Assembly (NCBI GenBank): GCA_963828735.1
Contig: CAWHFW010000005.1
Span: 352,001 to 416,000, forward strand
Direction: 5' to 3'
Length of the DNA stretch: 64,000 nt
DNA from: an uncultured Gemmatimonadales bacterium
GTDB taxonomy: Bacteria; Gemmatimonadota; Gemmatimonadetes; Gemmatimonadales; GWC2-71-9
The position numbers and the translations under genes were made by a program. Below, in pieces: positions 55,255 through 64,000 of the stretch; the first letter of the stretch is position 1, and every line of letters begins with the position of its first letter. Below the pieces are notes generated by a model that was not told the origin of the DNA, made no database searches, and saw only the letters and a list, made by a program, of their open reading frames with translations.

Positions 55255-55650
55255 ATGTCCACCACCCATCGTCACAGCCACGCCATGTCGCTGACGATCG
55301 GCCTGGCGGCTGCCGTGATCGCGGGCTGCGACACTGAGGGCTTCGGCCTGACGGGCGGCGGGGACTGCAATCTGGATACGGGCTCCTCCTCCATCGTCGG
55401 CGCCGTCACGGCCCAGTACTTCGCCTCCACGACGGGCGATGCCCTCCTCAGCTCGCTGACCTACGCGACGGACGGCGGGCCGCATACCATCGGCAAACCC
55501 ACCGTCCCCTTCTCCGCCAGGGTCACCCTCACAGCCAATCGGGCGCGCATTCAGGCGACCGGATCGTCGGCGAACGGGACCATCTCGATCAGCTTCGCGG
55601 TGAGTAACGAGATAGGGCCGTTGGAGCAGCTGCAGGCGGTCTGCCCGTGA
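55255..55650 (+). CDS. Hypothetical lipoprotein
   Basis: Lipobox IAGC and a beta-rich domain. The start is uncertain. Confidence 0.6.
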   Translation: MSTTHRHSHAMSLTIGLAAAVIAGCDTEGFGLTGGGDCNLDTGSSSIVGAVTAQYFASTTGDALLSSLTYATDGGPHTIGKPTVPFSARVTLTANRARIQATGSSANGTISISFAVSNEIGPLEQLQAVCP

Positions 55651-55729
55651 GGTGAGTCGGAGGCGCGCCGGTCAGGGTAGATGGAGCGCCCCGCGCCTCC
55701 CTTCACGGTGCGGGGTCCAGGTCGCGGAG

Positions 55730-56167
55730 CTAGCGGCAGGCCCCGGTCGCGCGGCCGAGGTCGGCGTCGAGCCGGAGGGTGTCCACCGGAGGCGTGCCCA
55801 ACCGGAGCTCGAGCGTGGCGCCCGGGAGCTCCTGGGTCATGGCACCGGGCCCGGTCACGAGCAGCGATACGGTGGCTGGACCAGGTACCGCGAAGGCCGG
55901 GCCCACCTCCACGACGTACCCACCCGCCCGATCCGTCGTGACCGGGCCGACGCGGGTGTCGACGGGCCGTGCCTGCCCTGCCTCGGCCTGCACGACGTGC
56001 AGTGCCACCTCGGCGCCGGGCACCGGGATACCGCACCTGAAGACGGTCCCGCGGACCGCGCCCGTCACCGGCGCGCCGGCGGAGATGGCCAGGTCGCCGC
56101 CGCCCTCAACGCAGCCAAGACAGGCGAGGCTCGCGAGCCCGATGAGCGCCGGCAATGCGTGGGTCAT
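55730..56167 (-). CDS. Hypothetical lipoprotein (carboxypeptidase-regulatory-like fold)
   Basis: Lipobox-like LGC; VRGTV...VPGAEV...TTDRAGGY. Confidence 0.6.
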   Translation of the reverse strand: MTHALPALIGLASLACLGCVEGGGDLAISAGAPVTGAVRGTVFRCGIPVPGAEVALHVVQAEAGQARPVDTRVGPVTTDRAGGYVVEVGPAFAVPGPATVSLLVTGPGAMTQELPGATLELRLGTPPVDTLRLDADLGRATGACR

Positions 56168-56221
56168 CCAGTGAACCTACCGGCTCGGCCGGCGCAGGGA
56201 AGACGGGGCTCGCGCAACCGG

Positions 56222-56737
56222 TCATGACTTCCGGTGCAGCTCGTACCGGAGGAGCCCCGCGGCGGTCTCGGAAGCGAGCACGAACCCGGTCTTGCGCAGC
56301 ACACCGATCGAGGCCACGAGCCCGGGATAGGTCATGGCCGCGATGGTGACGATGGAAGGGTCCTCGAACGCCTCGGCCACGAGAGCCAGGACGGCCTCGG
56401 TCGCGTAACCTCGGCGCTGATGCTCTGCGGCGATCGCATAGCCGATCTCCACGATGCCTCTGGCCGACGGCGGACCGGCGAAGCCGGCAACCCCCACCAG
56501 CTCGCGCGGGCCGCCCGCGACCGGCCGTAGCACCACGTACCGAAGCGACCAGGCCCGGCTCTCCGGATGGTGCTCGAGCTGCCGCCGGACCCGCTGAACA
56601 TCATCCCGCTCGAACACGGGCGGCGGCCAGGACACAGGCGGATGCGCACCGAGCACCTGCCCGACCTCGGCCGGCCCCCGCATCTCCGCGTCGCACAGGT
56701 CGAGCGTTGCCGGAATGAGCTCGAGCCTGCCGGTCAT
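56222..56737 (-). CDS. GNAT acetyltransferase (RimJ/RimL-like)
   Basis: Motifs VEIGYAI...HQRRGYATEA and ASIGVLRKTGF. Confidence 0.88.
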   Translation of the reverse strand: MTGRLELIPATLDLCDAEMRGPAEVGQVLGAHPPVSWPPPVFERDDVQRVRRQLEHHPESRAWSLRYVVLRPVAGGPRELVGVAGFAGPPSARGIVEIGYAIAAEHQRRGYATEAVLALVAEAFEDPSIVTIAAMTYPGLVASIGVLRKTGFVLASETAAGLLRYELHRKS

Positions 56738-56806
56738 CCAGGACCGCCGATCTTGAGTGTGATCCCAAGGTACGTCTCGCCCGCGACCTCACGCCAGCGC
56801 GTTTAT

Positions 56807-57796
56807 CTACTCTCGCTGCAGCGTGACAGGCGGTGTGGGCAGCAGGATCACCTTGCCATGGGTCCGCCGGCCCTCGAGCTGGCGATGCGCTTCGGCGGCC
56901 TCAACAAGTGGCAGCATCATTCCCACGCTCACACGAAGGTCGCCGCTCACGACCCACTCCTGAAGCTCGCGGCGAGCCGTTTGCCAACGATCCGGGGCAT
57001 CGGCCGCGAGCCAGAAGCTGCTCACGCGGAGGTTGCGCCCGTACAGCTCATCGGGATGAATGGGCACGGGCGAGCCGCTGGACTCGCCGAAGAACACCAG
57101 GTGGCCGTACAAACCGAGCGCGGCCAGGCTCCCGGCCTGCGTGGCGCGTCCGATGGAATCGAACACGGCATTGACGCCGCGGCCGCCGGTGGCGGCCCGT
57201 AACGCCTCGGCCATGTCGCCATCGTAGCCCAGAGGCTCCGCGCCGGCCTCGCGCACGAGCGCCCGCTTGGCGGCGGTGGACGCGGTGCCGAAGACCCGCA
57301 CCCCGCGACGGCGGAGCAGCTGTACCAGGAGCGCGCCGACGCCGCCGGCCGCGGCGTGGACCAGGGCCGATTGGCCCGGCTCGAGTGTCGTGGCGTAGTG
57401 CGCGAGCCCGTAGGCGGTGAGGCCCTGGGCCGGGAGGGCGGCGCCGACCGGGAACTCGAGCGCGTCAAGGAGGGGGAAGAGCCACGCGGCCGGCGCGACG
57501 GTGTACTCCGCGTACGCGCCGCTGGTACGCGGAGCCCAGAAAGCGACCCGACGACCGAGCCAGTGTTCTTCCACAGCCGGACCCAGGCGCTCGACGACCC
57601 CCGCCGCCTCGTTGCCGGGAATCCACGGTAGCGGCGGAGGCTCGTACGTGCCCCGGCGACGCTCAGTCTCGGTGAAGTTGACCCCGATGGCCTCCACGCG
57701 AACCAGCACCTCGCCCGGACCGGGCTCGGGCCTGGCCGCCGTCGCCAGAGCCAGAACTTCCGGACCGCCGAGGGCGCGTACGACGATGGCGCGCAT
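56807..57796 (-). CDS. NADPH:quinone oxidoreductase (zinc-independent MDR family)
   Basis: Motifs GGPEVL, LPWIPGNEAAG, VHAAAGGVG and RRTHGKVIL. Confidence 0.9.
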   Translation of the reverse strand: MRAIVVRALGGPEVLALATAARPEPGPGEVLVRVEAIGVNFTETERRRGTYEPPPLPWIPGNEAAGVVERLGPAVEEHWLGRRVAFWAPRTSGAYAEYTVAPAAWLFPLLDALEFPVGAALPAQGLTAYGLAHYATTLEPGQSALVHAAAGGVGALLVQLLRRRGVRVFGTASTAAKRALVREAGAEPLGYDGDMAEALRAATGGRGVNAVFDSIGRATQAGSLAALGLYGHLVFFGESSGSPVPIHPDELYGRNLRVSSFWLAADAPDRWQTARRELQEWVVSGDLRVSVGMMLPLVEAAEAHRQLEGRRTHGKVILLPTPPVTLQRE

Positions 57797-57826
57797 TCAA
57801 CGAGCGTCCGTCGCCGCCGCGGCCAT

Positions 57827-59131
57827 CTAGCGCAGGTCCCTCGGGAGATGAGGGGCCGAGAGCAGGGCGCGGAACGCCGTCCAGCGACCGGCCTCCGAGT
57901 CGCCGCCGATCCGTCCGACCCAGGCGGCGACGAGGTCCCGTCCCAGGTTGTAGTTGATGACGTAGCTGCGGTAGGTATCGATGAACCGCACGGTCTTGGC
58001 GGCCGCCTCGGGGGAGCTCAACCAGTAGCGCTGCATGGCGGTTCGCGCGCCTGCGGAGTCGAGGTCGCCATCGAGGTATCGGCGGGCCACTTCATTCCGC
58101 GCGTAGTTCAGCCGCTCCACGACCTGCCGCACGGCCGCGTTCCGCTCCGCCAGCGATCGATCGAGCCCAGCGAGCGGGAACAATGAGTCCCGCTCGAACG
58201 CCGTTCGCTCGGCGATTGGAAAGGCCATGTCGATCCCGTAGTTCGCGCTCCCCTCGGCAATGAGTGACTGGGGGCTGAACAACGGATACATCGAGATCTC
58301 GACCCACCCGCGGTCGTGCACCAGCGCCTGCTCGAGCAGCGCGTTGTAGACGTGATGCCCGGGATATCCCTCGTGGCATGCGAGGTCGATGGCTCGATCC
58401 AGCGGGACCGGAAAGTCCAGGTTCACCTGGATCAGGCTGTGATACGCGCCCTTGTACCAGTTGTAGGCGTTCCAGGACGTCCCCTTCACGTACTCGAGAT
58501 CGAAGCGCTCGCCCGGCGGCAGCGGCATGTGCGCCAGCGTGCGGGCGCGGCACGCTGCGATGGCGGTCTTGAAGACCGTGTCCACCTTGCCGGCGGGGAT
58601 GTTGAGGCGGTCGCGGAAATGCTGGTAGCGCTGCGCGAGCGGCTCGCGACCCGGGAGCAGGCTGTCGAGCCGCGCGAGCAGTGAATCGAAGTGCGCGTCC
58701 GGAAAGTGAGGTGGCGCCGCATCGTACAGGGCCTCGGCCTCCTGGTCGAATCGGAGCCGCTCGCCACCGAGCATCCGTGCGCGCGCCGCCATCGCGCCGA
58801 GCTGCACGCGGAGATAGCGATGCCGCAGGCGGACCAACGAGTCGGCGTAGGCCGGCACGCTGTCGCCCAGCATGGCGATGAGCGATTCCGCCGAGGATCG
58901 GACCTGTGCGACCGTGAGCGACTCGGCGTTGGCCGCCGCACGCAGGGAGTCGGGGCCATAGTACGCATCGACGTAGTTGGCGTCGTGGCGGCCGAGCTCG
59001 AGACCGAGGACGACGTACCGCCGGGCGATCGCGTCCAAGGCCCGCGGGTCGGGCGCGGGCGGCGCCGATGGGCGGCAGGCCACGAGGATGAGAGCCACGC
59101 CCAGAAGCCGCCGACGGTGTTCCAGTGTCAT
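57827..59131 (-). CDS. Hypothetical lipoprotein with a DUF885-like HEGYPGHH metallopeptidase motif
   Basis: Lipobox LVAC; YVDAYYGP; LACHEGYPGHH; IAEGSA. Confidence 0.75.
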   Translation of the reverse strand: MTLEHRRRLLGVALILVACRPSAPPAPDPRALDAIARRYVVLGLELGRHDANYVDAYYGPDSLRAAANAESLTVAQVRSSAESLIAMLGDSVPAYADSLVRLRHRYLRVQLGAMAARARMLGGERLRFDQEAEALYDAAPPHFPDAHFDSLLARLDSLLPGREPLAQRYQHFRDRLNIPAGKVDTVFKTAIAACRARTLAHMPLPPGERFDLEYVKGTSWNAYNWYKGAYHSLIQVNLDFPVPLDRAIDLACHEGYPGHHVYNALLEQALVHDRGWVEISMYPLFSPQSLIAEGSANYGIDMAFPIAERTAFERDSLFPLAGLDRSLAERNAAVRQVVERLNYARNEVARRYLDGDLDSAGARTAMQRYWLSSPEAAAKTVRFIDTYRSYVINYNLGRDLVAAWVGRIGGDSEAGRWTAFRALLSAPHLPRDLR

Positions 59132-59159
59132 GGTGGGATTCGAGCCTCGAGCTCGTGGG

Positions 59160-59539
59160 TCAGTGTCCGCCCGATGGAGGCTCGGACTTCAGGATCTCCG
59201 CATTGTAGCGCAGCATGTATTCGTGCGACCGGGTCCAGAGCCGCTTCTCCATGTCCGACATGACGTCACCCGACATCGTGATGACCAGGCGAGTGCCATG
59301 GGTGGCGAGCAGATGATGGTAGGCTCGGTCCTCGTCTTCCGGGCCGGGCGTTTCGATGCCCGAGCCGTAGTCGCCAGCCAGGAGGCGATTATCCCGCGCC
59401 GCCATCGCCGCGCGCGCCTCTCGAACGGGTCCTGCCGCTCGAACCGGCGGAGCAGCAGCCAATCCTCGAGCGGGCCGTGGCCGACGAGCGCACCGCCGAT
59501 GAGGAGGATCGCCGCGAATCCGATCAGGAGGCGTTTCAC
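59160..59539 (-). pseudogene. Frameshifted membrane-anchored hypothetical gene
   Basis: The N-terminal TM segment is in one frame (VKRLLIG...RQDP). The protein-like remainder is in another (VREARAAM...YMLRYNAEIL). The switch falls at about 59427-59429. Confidence 0.55.
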
Positions 59540-59649
59540 CTGGCGTGTCCCGTCCACCCGACGAGGCCCGTGAAGGGGAGCACAACGGTGGGGAGCAGCG
59601 TGTCAGCCGTTGACGAGATGAAGGGGCCGGTATCGCCTCACCACGGGGG

Positions 59650-60117
59650 TCACGATTGCACCCGCACCTTCTCGGTGCGACTGAGCGATCCCCAATCGGC
59701 CAGCGTGTCGGTCGTGATCTCGGGCTCCGATGGGGGCCGTACCGTCCCGGTCAACCAGTCCCGGAACATCCGGACGTTGTCGGGCGTGAGCTCGAAGGTG
59801 ATGTCGGGCGACGCCCAATCGTACAGGACCCGGGAGACGAGGTCATCACCGTCGTCCCAGCGCAGGAAATCCGACGCGATGACGGCGAAGCCGATGGTCT
59901 CGAGGGCTGGCCCCGGCAGCTCTCCACCCAGGACCGCGTCACAGAGGCGGACCAGCATCGGCGCCGTGATCGTGAGCCGTTGGCCCCCGACCAGGTCCTC
60001 GATGTGCACCCGGCGCCGGTTCCGTTTCAGGAGCTCAACGGCGCCTCGCGCCTCGAGGGCCAACTGGCCGGCCGAGGCGGCGCCCTGAAGAAAATCTCTG
60101 AGCGTGGCTTCCTTCAA
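59650..60117 (-). CDS. Hypothetical protein
   Basis: Protein-like acidic and helical sequence from a TTG start (LKEATLRDF). The start is uncertain. Confidence 0.6.
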   Translation of the reverse strand: MKEATLRDFLQGAASAGQLALEARGAVELLKRNRRRVHIEDLVGGQRLTITAPMLVRLCDAVLGGELPGPALETIGFAVIASDFLRWDDGDDLVSRVLYDWASPDITFELTPDNVRMFRDWLTGTVRPPSEPEITTDTLADWGSLSRTEKVRVQS

Positions 60118-60189
60118 GACCGATAGATTCAAGGGCGCACGACACGCGTTGTCCGTTGCGAACCAACCGCTGTCCTCCGAGCAAGGAGC

Positions 60190-60321
60190 CCGGCCCGCGG
60201 CATTCTCCACGCAATTGGAAATACATCGATCGTCCGCCTGCGCAAGGTCGCTCGCCCGGACTGCGCGGACATCCTCGTGAAGCTCGAGTGGGACAATCCG
60301 ACTGACAGCATGAAGGACAGG
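60190..60321 (+). pseudogene. N-terminal relic of a cysteine synthase (PLP-dependent) gene
   Basis: The frame reads ILHAIGNTSIVRLRKV...ILVKLEWDNPTDSMKDR. An AAGGAG RBS is present but no start codon, and similarity ends after KDR. Confidence 0.8.
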
Positions 60322-60331
60322 TCCGGCGAGC

Positions 60332-60697
60332 CTAGACCTGCGTTCCCCACCCGTCGAACTCGCAATCGCACTCGAGGCCGGCCGTCACCATCCAGTCGAC
60401 CCATTGCTCCAGGATCTGCCCGGAGATCATCGTCGGCTGCGTGCTGCCGGACACGGTCCAGTCGCGGCCTGGGAACGGGCCGGCCGATTGTACCAGCACC
60501 GAGTAGTCCGTCCGATCCTCCAGCAGCAGCTTGAGCGCCTCGGCGGCGGGGCGACTCGGCGCCCGGAACGAGAAGTCGAGCCGCACCTCGGTGGTCGGCG
60601 TGACGCCGCGCTGACGGAGGGTCCGCCAGGTCTGGTCGGTCAGCGCGAGCTGTGTGGCGAGCAGTCGCCGATATCGATCGTCTCGAGAGTCGTCCAC
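60332..60697 (-). CDS. RraB-like (ribonuclease E inhibitor family) protein
   Basis: Motifs LRQRGV...LDFSF and C-terminal CEFDGWGT. The start is uncertain. Confidence 0.7.
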   Translation of the reverse strand: MDDSRDDRYRRLLATQLALTDQTWRTLRQRGVTPTTEVRLDFSFRAPSRPAAEALKLLLEDRTDYSVLVQSAGPFPGRDWTVSGSTQPTMISGQILEQWVDWMVTAGLECDCEFDGWGTQV

Positions 60698-61033
60698 GAG
60701 CCCGCTCCGGGTAGCGCATGGCCTGATGGCCGCAGGTCCACCTGATACCTCGAGTACTCCTATCGAATCGGCACCCTGGAGCAGCGTGCGCACCGCACTC
60801 ATGGCAGGCACCGCGCGCCGGACAGCCGGATGTTGGTGGAGCTCGTTGTGAACGGGATACGAGAAGCTACGGCGCGAACGGGGTCGGCGATAGCGGGAAA
60901 TCGGGCCGCCAAGCGGCGTAGATGCGACACCCGGGGTGGGATTCCTGTCGCAAAGGCACCTATCGTGCATTCGAAGCGCACTCGTGCGGCGACGGGCCGC
61001 GCGACCCATCGCTCACCCGCGAGGCGAACCGAC

Positions 61034-61591
61034 TCACGGGCCGGTTTTTCCCAACCAGGCGGCATGCGCGGCCGGCTGCTGCATCTGCGCGGCGCCGAAC
61101 GATTCGGACTGCCCCGGCGGTATGCTCAGGAATCGCCACGCCGCACCGCAGAGCGCCCGAGCCGCGTACACCACCTGCCCCACGTGATAGCTCGTGTGCG
61201 CCAGCGATCGGTGCAGTGCCTGGTCCACCCGAAGCGGCTGACCGCGTATCGTGACGGTGCGGGTCAGATCATCGTCATTCAACGCCGCCAGCGCCGCGAA
61301 CAGGACGCCCCACCCCGCTTCCCAGTGGGCCAGAAGCTCCGCCTGGGTGACCGAGCGCGCGTGGAACTCCTCCTCGCGCTTGCGCCAGGGTTTCTCGCCG
61401 TCGCTCGTGAGAAAATCGGTGAACCGGGAACGCAGGTTGCCGCCGACGTGCCAACAGATCGTGGCGATCGCATTGCCCCCGTTCGGTCCCGGCGCCGTCA
61501 GCTGCTCGTCGGTCAGCTGGCGCACCGCGCCCTCCGCCAGCGCCTTGTAGCGCTGGTATTCACCCGTGATCGAATCGATGATCGACCTCAT
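61034..61591 (-). CDS. DinB-like / DUF1572 family protein
   Basis: AGGAG RBS; HVGGNLRSRFTDFLTSDGEKPWR and HTSYHVGQ. Confidence 0.88.
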   Translation of the reverse strand: MRSIIDSITGEYQRYKALAEGAVRQLTDEQLTAPGPNGGNAIATICWHVGGNLRSRFTDFLTSDGEKPWRKREEEFHARSVTQAELLAHWEAGWGVLFAALAALNDDDLTRTVTIRGQPLRVDQALHRSLAHTSYHVGQVVYAARALCGAAWRFLSIPPGQSESFGAAQMQQPAAHAAWLGKTGP

Positions 61592-61727
61592 CGCACACTC
61601 CTGAATTCTGAAGTCTATTCCCTACGGGGTCTGCACGGTCCGGGCACGTAAGGGACGCCCTCGGCCACCGCCATTGATCCTGGCACGCCGAGATCTGGAG
61701 GCACGCACCATTCGGACTGCCGGGTGC

Positions 61728-62135
61728 TCATTCGGCCCATCCTGCATCTCGGATATGCCGACGCTGCCAGATTCGCCAGTACACCCAGCCGTTCACCACG
61801 AGTACCAGCGTGCCCAGCGCGACCTGCATCGTTCGCGTGAGGCCGGCTGGGTAGAGCGCGGCCGTCACGTAGTGCTCGATGAACCCGCCCTCGTACGCCC
61901 GCTCGCCCGCGGCGCGGCGCCAGGCCTTCTCGACCGGCGTGAGGGGGCAGATGAAGCCGAGAAACTCGATCGCCGCGCCCCACGCCGCCGCGGGCAGGTG
62001 GACCCAGGCCAGCCTGGGCCACCGCAGGACCAGGAGTCCGCCGGCGATCACGAAGACCACAAAGGCCGCATGCAGGAGGAGCAGCACGTCGGCCAGGGCT
62101 CCGAACGGAACGGTCAGCGCATCGACCGAGGCCAT
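61728..62135 (-). CDS. DUF2784 family membrane protein
   Basis: Motifs LADVLLLLH, HLPAAAWG, CPLTPVE and GGFIEHY. Confidence 0.88.
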   Translation of the reverse strand: MASVDALTVPFGALADVLLLLHAAFVVFVIAGGLLVLRWPRLAWVHLPAAAWGAAIEFLGFICPLTPVEKAWRRAAGERAYEGGFIEHYVTAALYPAGLTRTMQVALGTLVLVVNGWVYWRIWQRRHIRDAGWAE

Positions 62136-62276
62136 CGCTGGAATCAACTCTGGCGGCGCAGCGCGTTGTAGTAGGCAGACGGTCGCTTTGCCGTCGCGGG
62201 ACCGCCGTCGCCCCCAGCACAACGCCGAGGGCAAGGCGCCGACCCCGCCGGTCGCGAGGCATTCGACGCGTCTCAG

Positions 62277-62840
62277 CTACCAGAGCTCACCGGCTCGCCA
62301 TTCCGCGGAGAGCGAGTCGTTCAAGTCCACACGCGGCGATCCCGGGAGCCGATGGATCATGACCCCCTCGTCCGGCGTCTCGATGAGGTTCGAGCCCTGG
62401 CGGATGAACAGCCTCCCCGCCCATTCCTGCCATCCGAGACGCCGATAGAAATGCAGCCCTCGATCGGTTGGGGAGAGCGCCGCGAGCTCGAAGGCGGCCA
62501 CCTGGCTCACGAGCGTGCGCATCACGGCCGTTCCGAAGCCCCTGCCCTGGTGCACCGGGTCCGTGGCGACGGCCTCGAGATAGGCTGTTCGAAGCGGAGG
62601 GTCTCGTCCAGGCGCCAGCCAGCGCGTGATCCAAAGCGCGTGGCTCACGAGAACGCCGTCGGTCGTGGCCAGCACGTGCATAGGGTCGGTGAACGTCTGG
62701 AAGGTCGCTCGCAGGTCTTCGCCGTACGCCCGGTCGCAGAGTGCGAGAATCTCGCCCCGGACGCGGGGCGACAGCTCCGCGGCGGGAACCACGTGAAGCC
62801 TCAGGCTCTCACTCCGGGATGGCGCTGTAGGATTGCGCAT
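62277..62840 (-). CDS. GNAT acetyltransferase similar to aminoglycoside 2'-N-acetyltransferases
   Basis: Motifs LRTAYLEAVAT...QGRGFG, FYRRLGW.EW.G, TPDE and C-terminal WRAGELW. Confidence 0.8.
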   Translation of the reverse strand: MRNPTAPSRSESLRLHVVPAAELSPRVRGEILALCDRAYGEDLRATFQTFTDPMHVLATTDGVLVSHALWITRWLAPGRDPPLRTAYLEAVATDPVHQGRGFGTAVMRTLVSQVAAFELAALSPTDRGLHFYRRLGWQEWAGRLFIRQGSNLIETPDEGVMIHRLPGSPRVDLNDSLSAEWRAGELW

Positions 62841-63022
62841 CAGTGCTGGCGATAAGCGGGTGATCTGAGCATGAGCGATGGCGCGGGGGTAGAGCAGGGT
62901 CGCATGCTCACGACATCGGGCAACCAGCCTGGACGTCGTGCAGGAAGTACGTCAGGACCACGGCCCGTGACGGGGATGCCTGGATGGTATGAGTGATCGC
63001 GCTCCCGCGAAAGGGGAATCGA

Positions 63023-63249
63023 GCGGGGCGGTATCAGGAACGCACGATCACCGTTCGGAACGGACGGCTGTACTACCGCCGCGGCTCGAACCCGGAGTCG
63101 CCGCTCAGGCCCATGGCCCAGGACCTCTTCGAGGTGGAGGCGAACCCCGCGCTCCGCGTGCGATTCGTCGGGGCTGCCACGGGGCCGGCTGAGAAGCTGA
63201 TCAGATCGATGGCGAGGGGACGATCGACGAGTCGGTGCGATCGAAGTGA
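63023..63249 (+). pseudogene. C-terminal relic of a peptidase-associated domain gene
   Basis: AGRYQERTITVRNGRLYYRR...LRPMAQDLFEV...RVRF, then a frameshift to DGEGTIDESVRSK-stop; no upstream catalytic domain. Confidence 0.5.
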
Positions 63250-63336
63250 GCTTCCCGCGGGAGTTCGAGCGCAAGCTTCGGGAGGCGACTTCGGATCGCG
63301 GCCGCTAGCTTCGGCGCTCCCCTATCGGAGCAGCTC

Positions 63337-63813
63337 ATGTCGCGCTACCGCGTCCGAAGCATTCCCGAGACCATCGCCCACGCGGTGCGGACCTCGTTGC
63401 GGTCTCCCCAGTACGGGCACCCCGCCCACATGGAGATGGCCGCCGGCTACGGGCCCTGCCGCCTCTGCCTGCGCACCTTCGAGCTCGGCGTGGAGCAACG
63501 GCTGCTCTTCACCTATCAGCCGTTTACGGATCCAGCGGCGCTGCCCGCGCCCGGCCCCGTCTTCATCCATCGGGATCCGTGCGAGCCGTATGACGCGCCG
63601 GTCTTTCCCGAGACGCTCCGCCCCCTGCCCCTCGTCGTCGAGGGCTACGGTGAGGCGGGAGCGCTCGTGGCGCAGCGCCGTGTCGGCGACCTGCGGGTCG
63701 AGTTCGTCCTCGAACAGGTGCTGGAGCATTCCGAGGTGCGGTACGCGCACCTGCGCAACGCCGACGCGGGGTGCTTCATCGCTCGGGTCGATCGCGAGAG
63801 CGGGCTCGTCTGA
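63337..63813 (+). CDS. DUF1203 family protein
   Basis: GGAG RBS; PCRLCLR, GPVFIH...C and HLRNA..GCF. Confidence 0.88.
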   Translation: MSRYRVRSIPETIAHAVRTSLRSPQYGHPAHMEMAAGYGPCRLCLRTFELGVEQRLLFTYQPFTDPAALPAPGPVFIHRDPCEPYDAPVFPETLRPLPLVVEGYGEAGALVAQRRVGDLRVEFVLEQVLEHSEVRYAHLRNADAGCFIARVDRESGLV

Positions 63814-63914
63814 CCGGTCGCGACGGGCGCGCGAGCGGTTCGGGCACCGGCGGTGATCGTGCGGTCGAGTCGTGACCCACAGGTCGGGTGGCGATCAATC
63901 GCCGGTCCCGTGAC

Positions 63915-64000
63915 CTAGCGTTCCAGGTCCAATCGGCGCGACTCCTGGGCCTGCGCCAGGATGCGCTCGGCGAAATCGAGGCGCTCCTGGGTTTCGCTCA
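63915..64000 (-). CDS. 3' end of a small coiled-coil protein, paralogue of 47357-47608
   Basis: The minus strand reads SETQERLDFAERILAQAQESRRLDLER-stop and runs off the window. Confidence 0.7.
   Translation of the reverse strand, partial: SETQERLDFAERILAQAQESRRLDLER

Noticed and set aside
63877..63887. 11-nt match (CCACAGGTCGG) to the tRNA-Thr 3' end as a possible att site
   Set aside because: It is too short, lies on the wrong side of the tRNA, and no integrase is present.
1..64000. CRISPR array, rRNA, transposase, integrase or prophage structural genes
   Set aside because: No regularly spaced repeats or recognisable motifs were found by eye.

Overview
This is a GC-rich bacterial chromosome segment. 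The gene repertoire (stand-alone SusC/SusD pair, tandem Ig-repeat lipoproteins, Kelch lipoprotein, ECF/anti-sigma/DUF4097 module) suggests Gemmatimonadota; this is inference. From left to right it carries two GH57 glycogen enzymes, a SnoaL-like protein, two paralogous c-type cytochromes, aguB-aguA, SusD/SusC, hutI-hutU, a cupredoxin plus a His-rich secreted protein, and an ECF sigma module. Next come a five-gene chaperone-usher-like fimbrial operon, OmpA, FKBP, tRNA-Pro, a small acidic Trp-rich ORF, a phage-annealase-like gene, an MFS transporter, an MltD-like lytic transglycosylase, MgtC, an ethylene-receptor-like hybrid kinase, a Kelch protein, tRNA-Thr and tRNA-Leu. Then four tandem Ig-domain lipoproteins, SURF1, a dipeptidase, exported MsrA/MsrB, an M13 peptidase and an ArsR-SRPBCC regulator follow. 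The right end is a patchwork of small accessory genes with several gene relics. The best candidate for an undescribed system is the fimbrial-like operon at 18036-22365: three Cys-free pilin-like paralogues, a PapD-like chaperone and an unusually short usher-like protein behind a candidate sigma-54 promoter. No CRISPR array, rRNA, integrase or transposase was seen. All family assignments come from motif recognition, not database searches.
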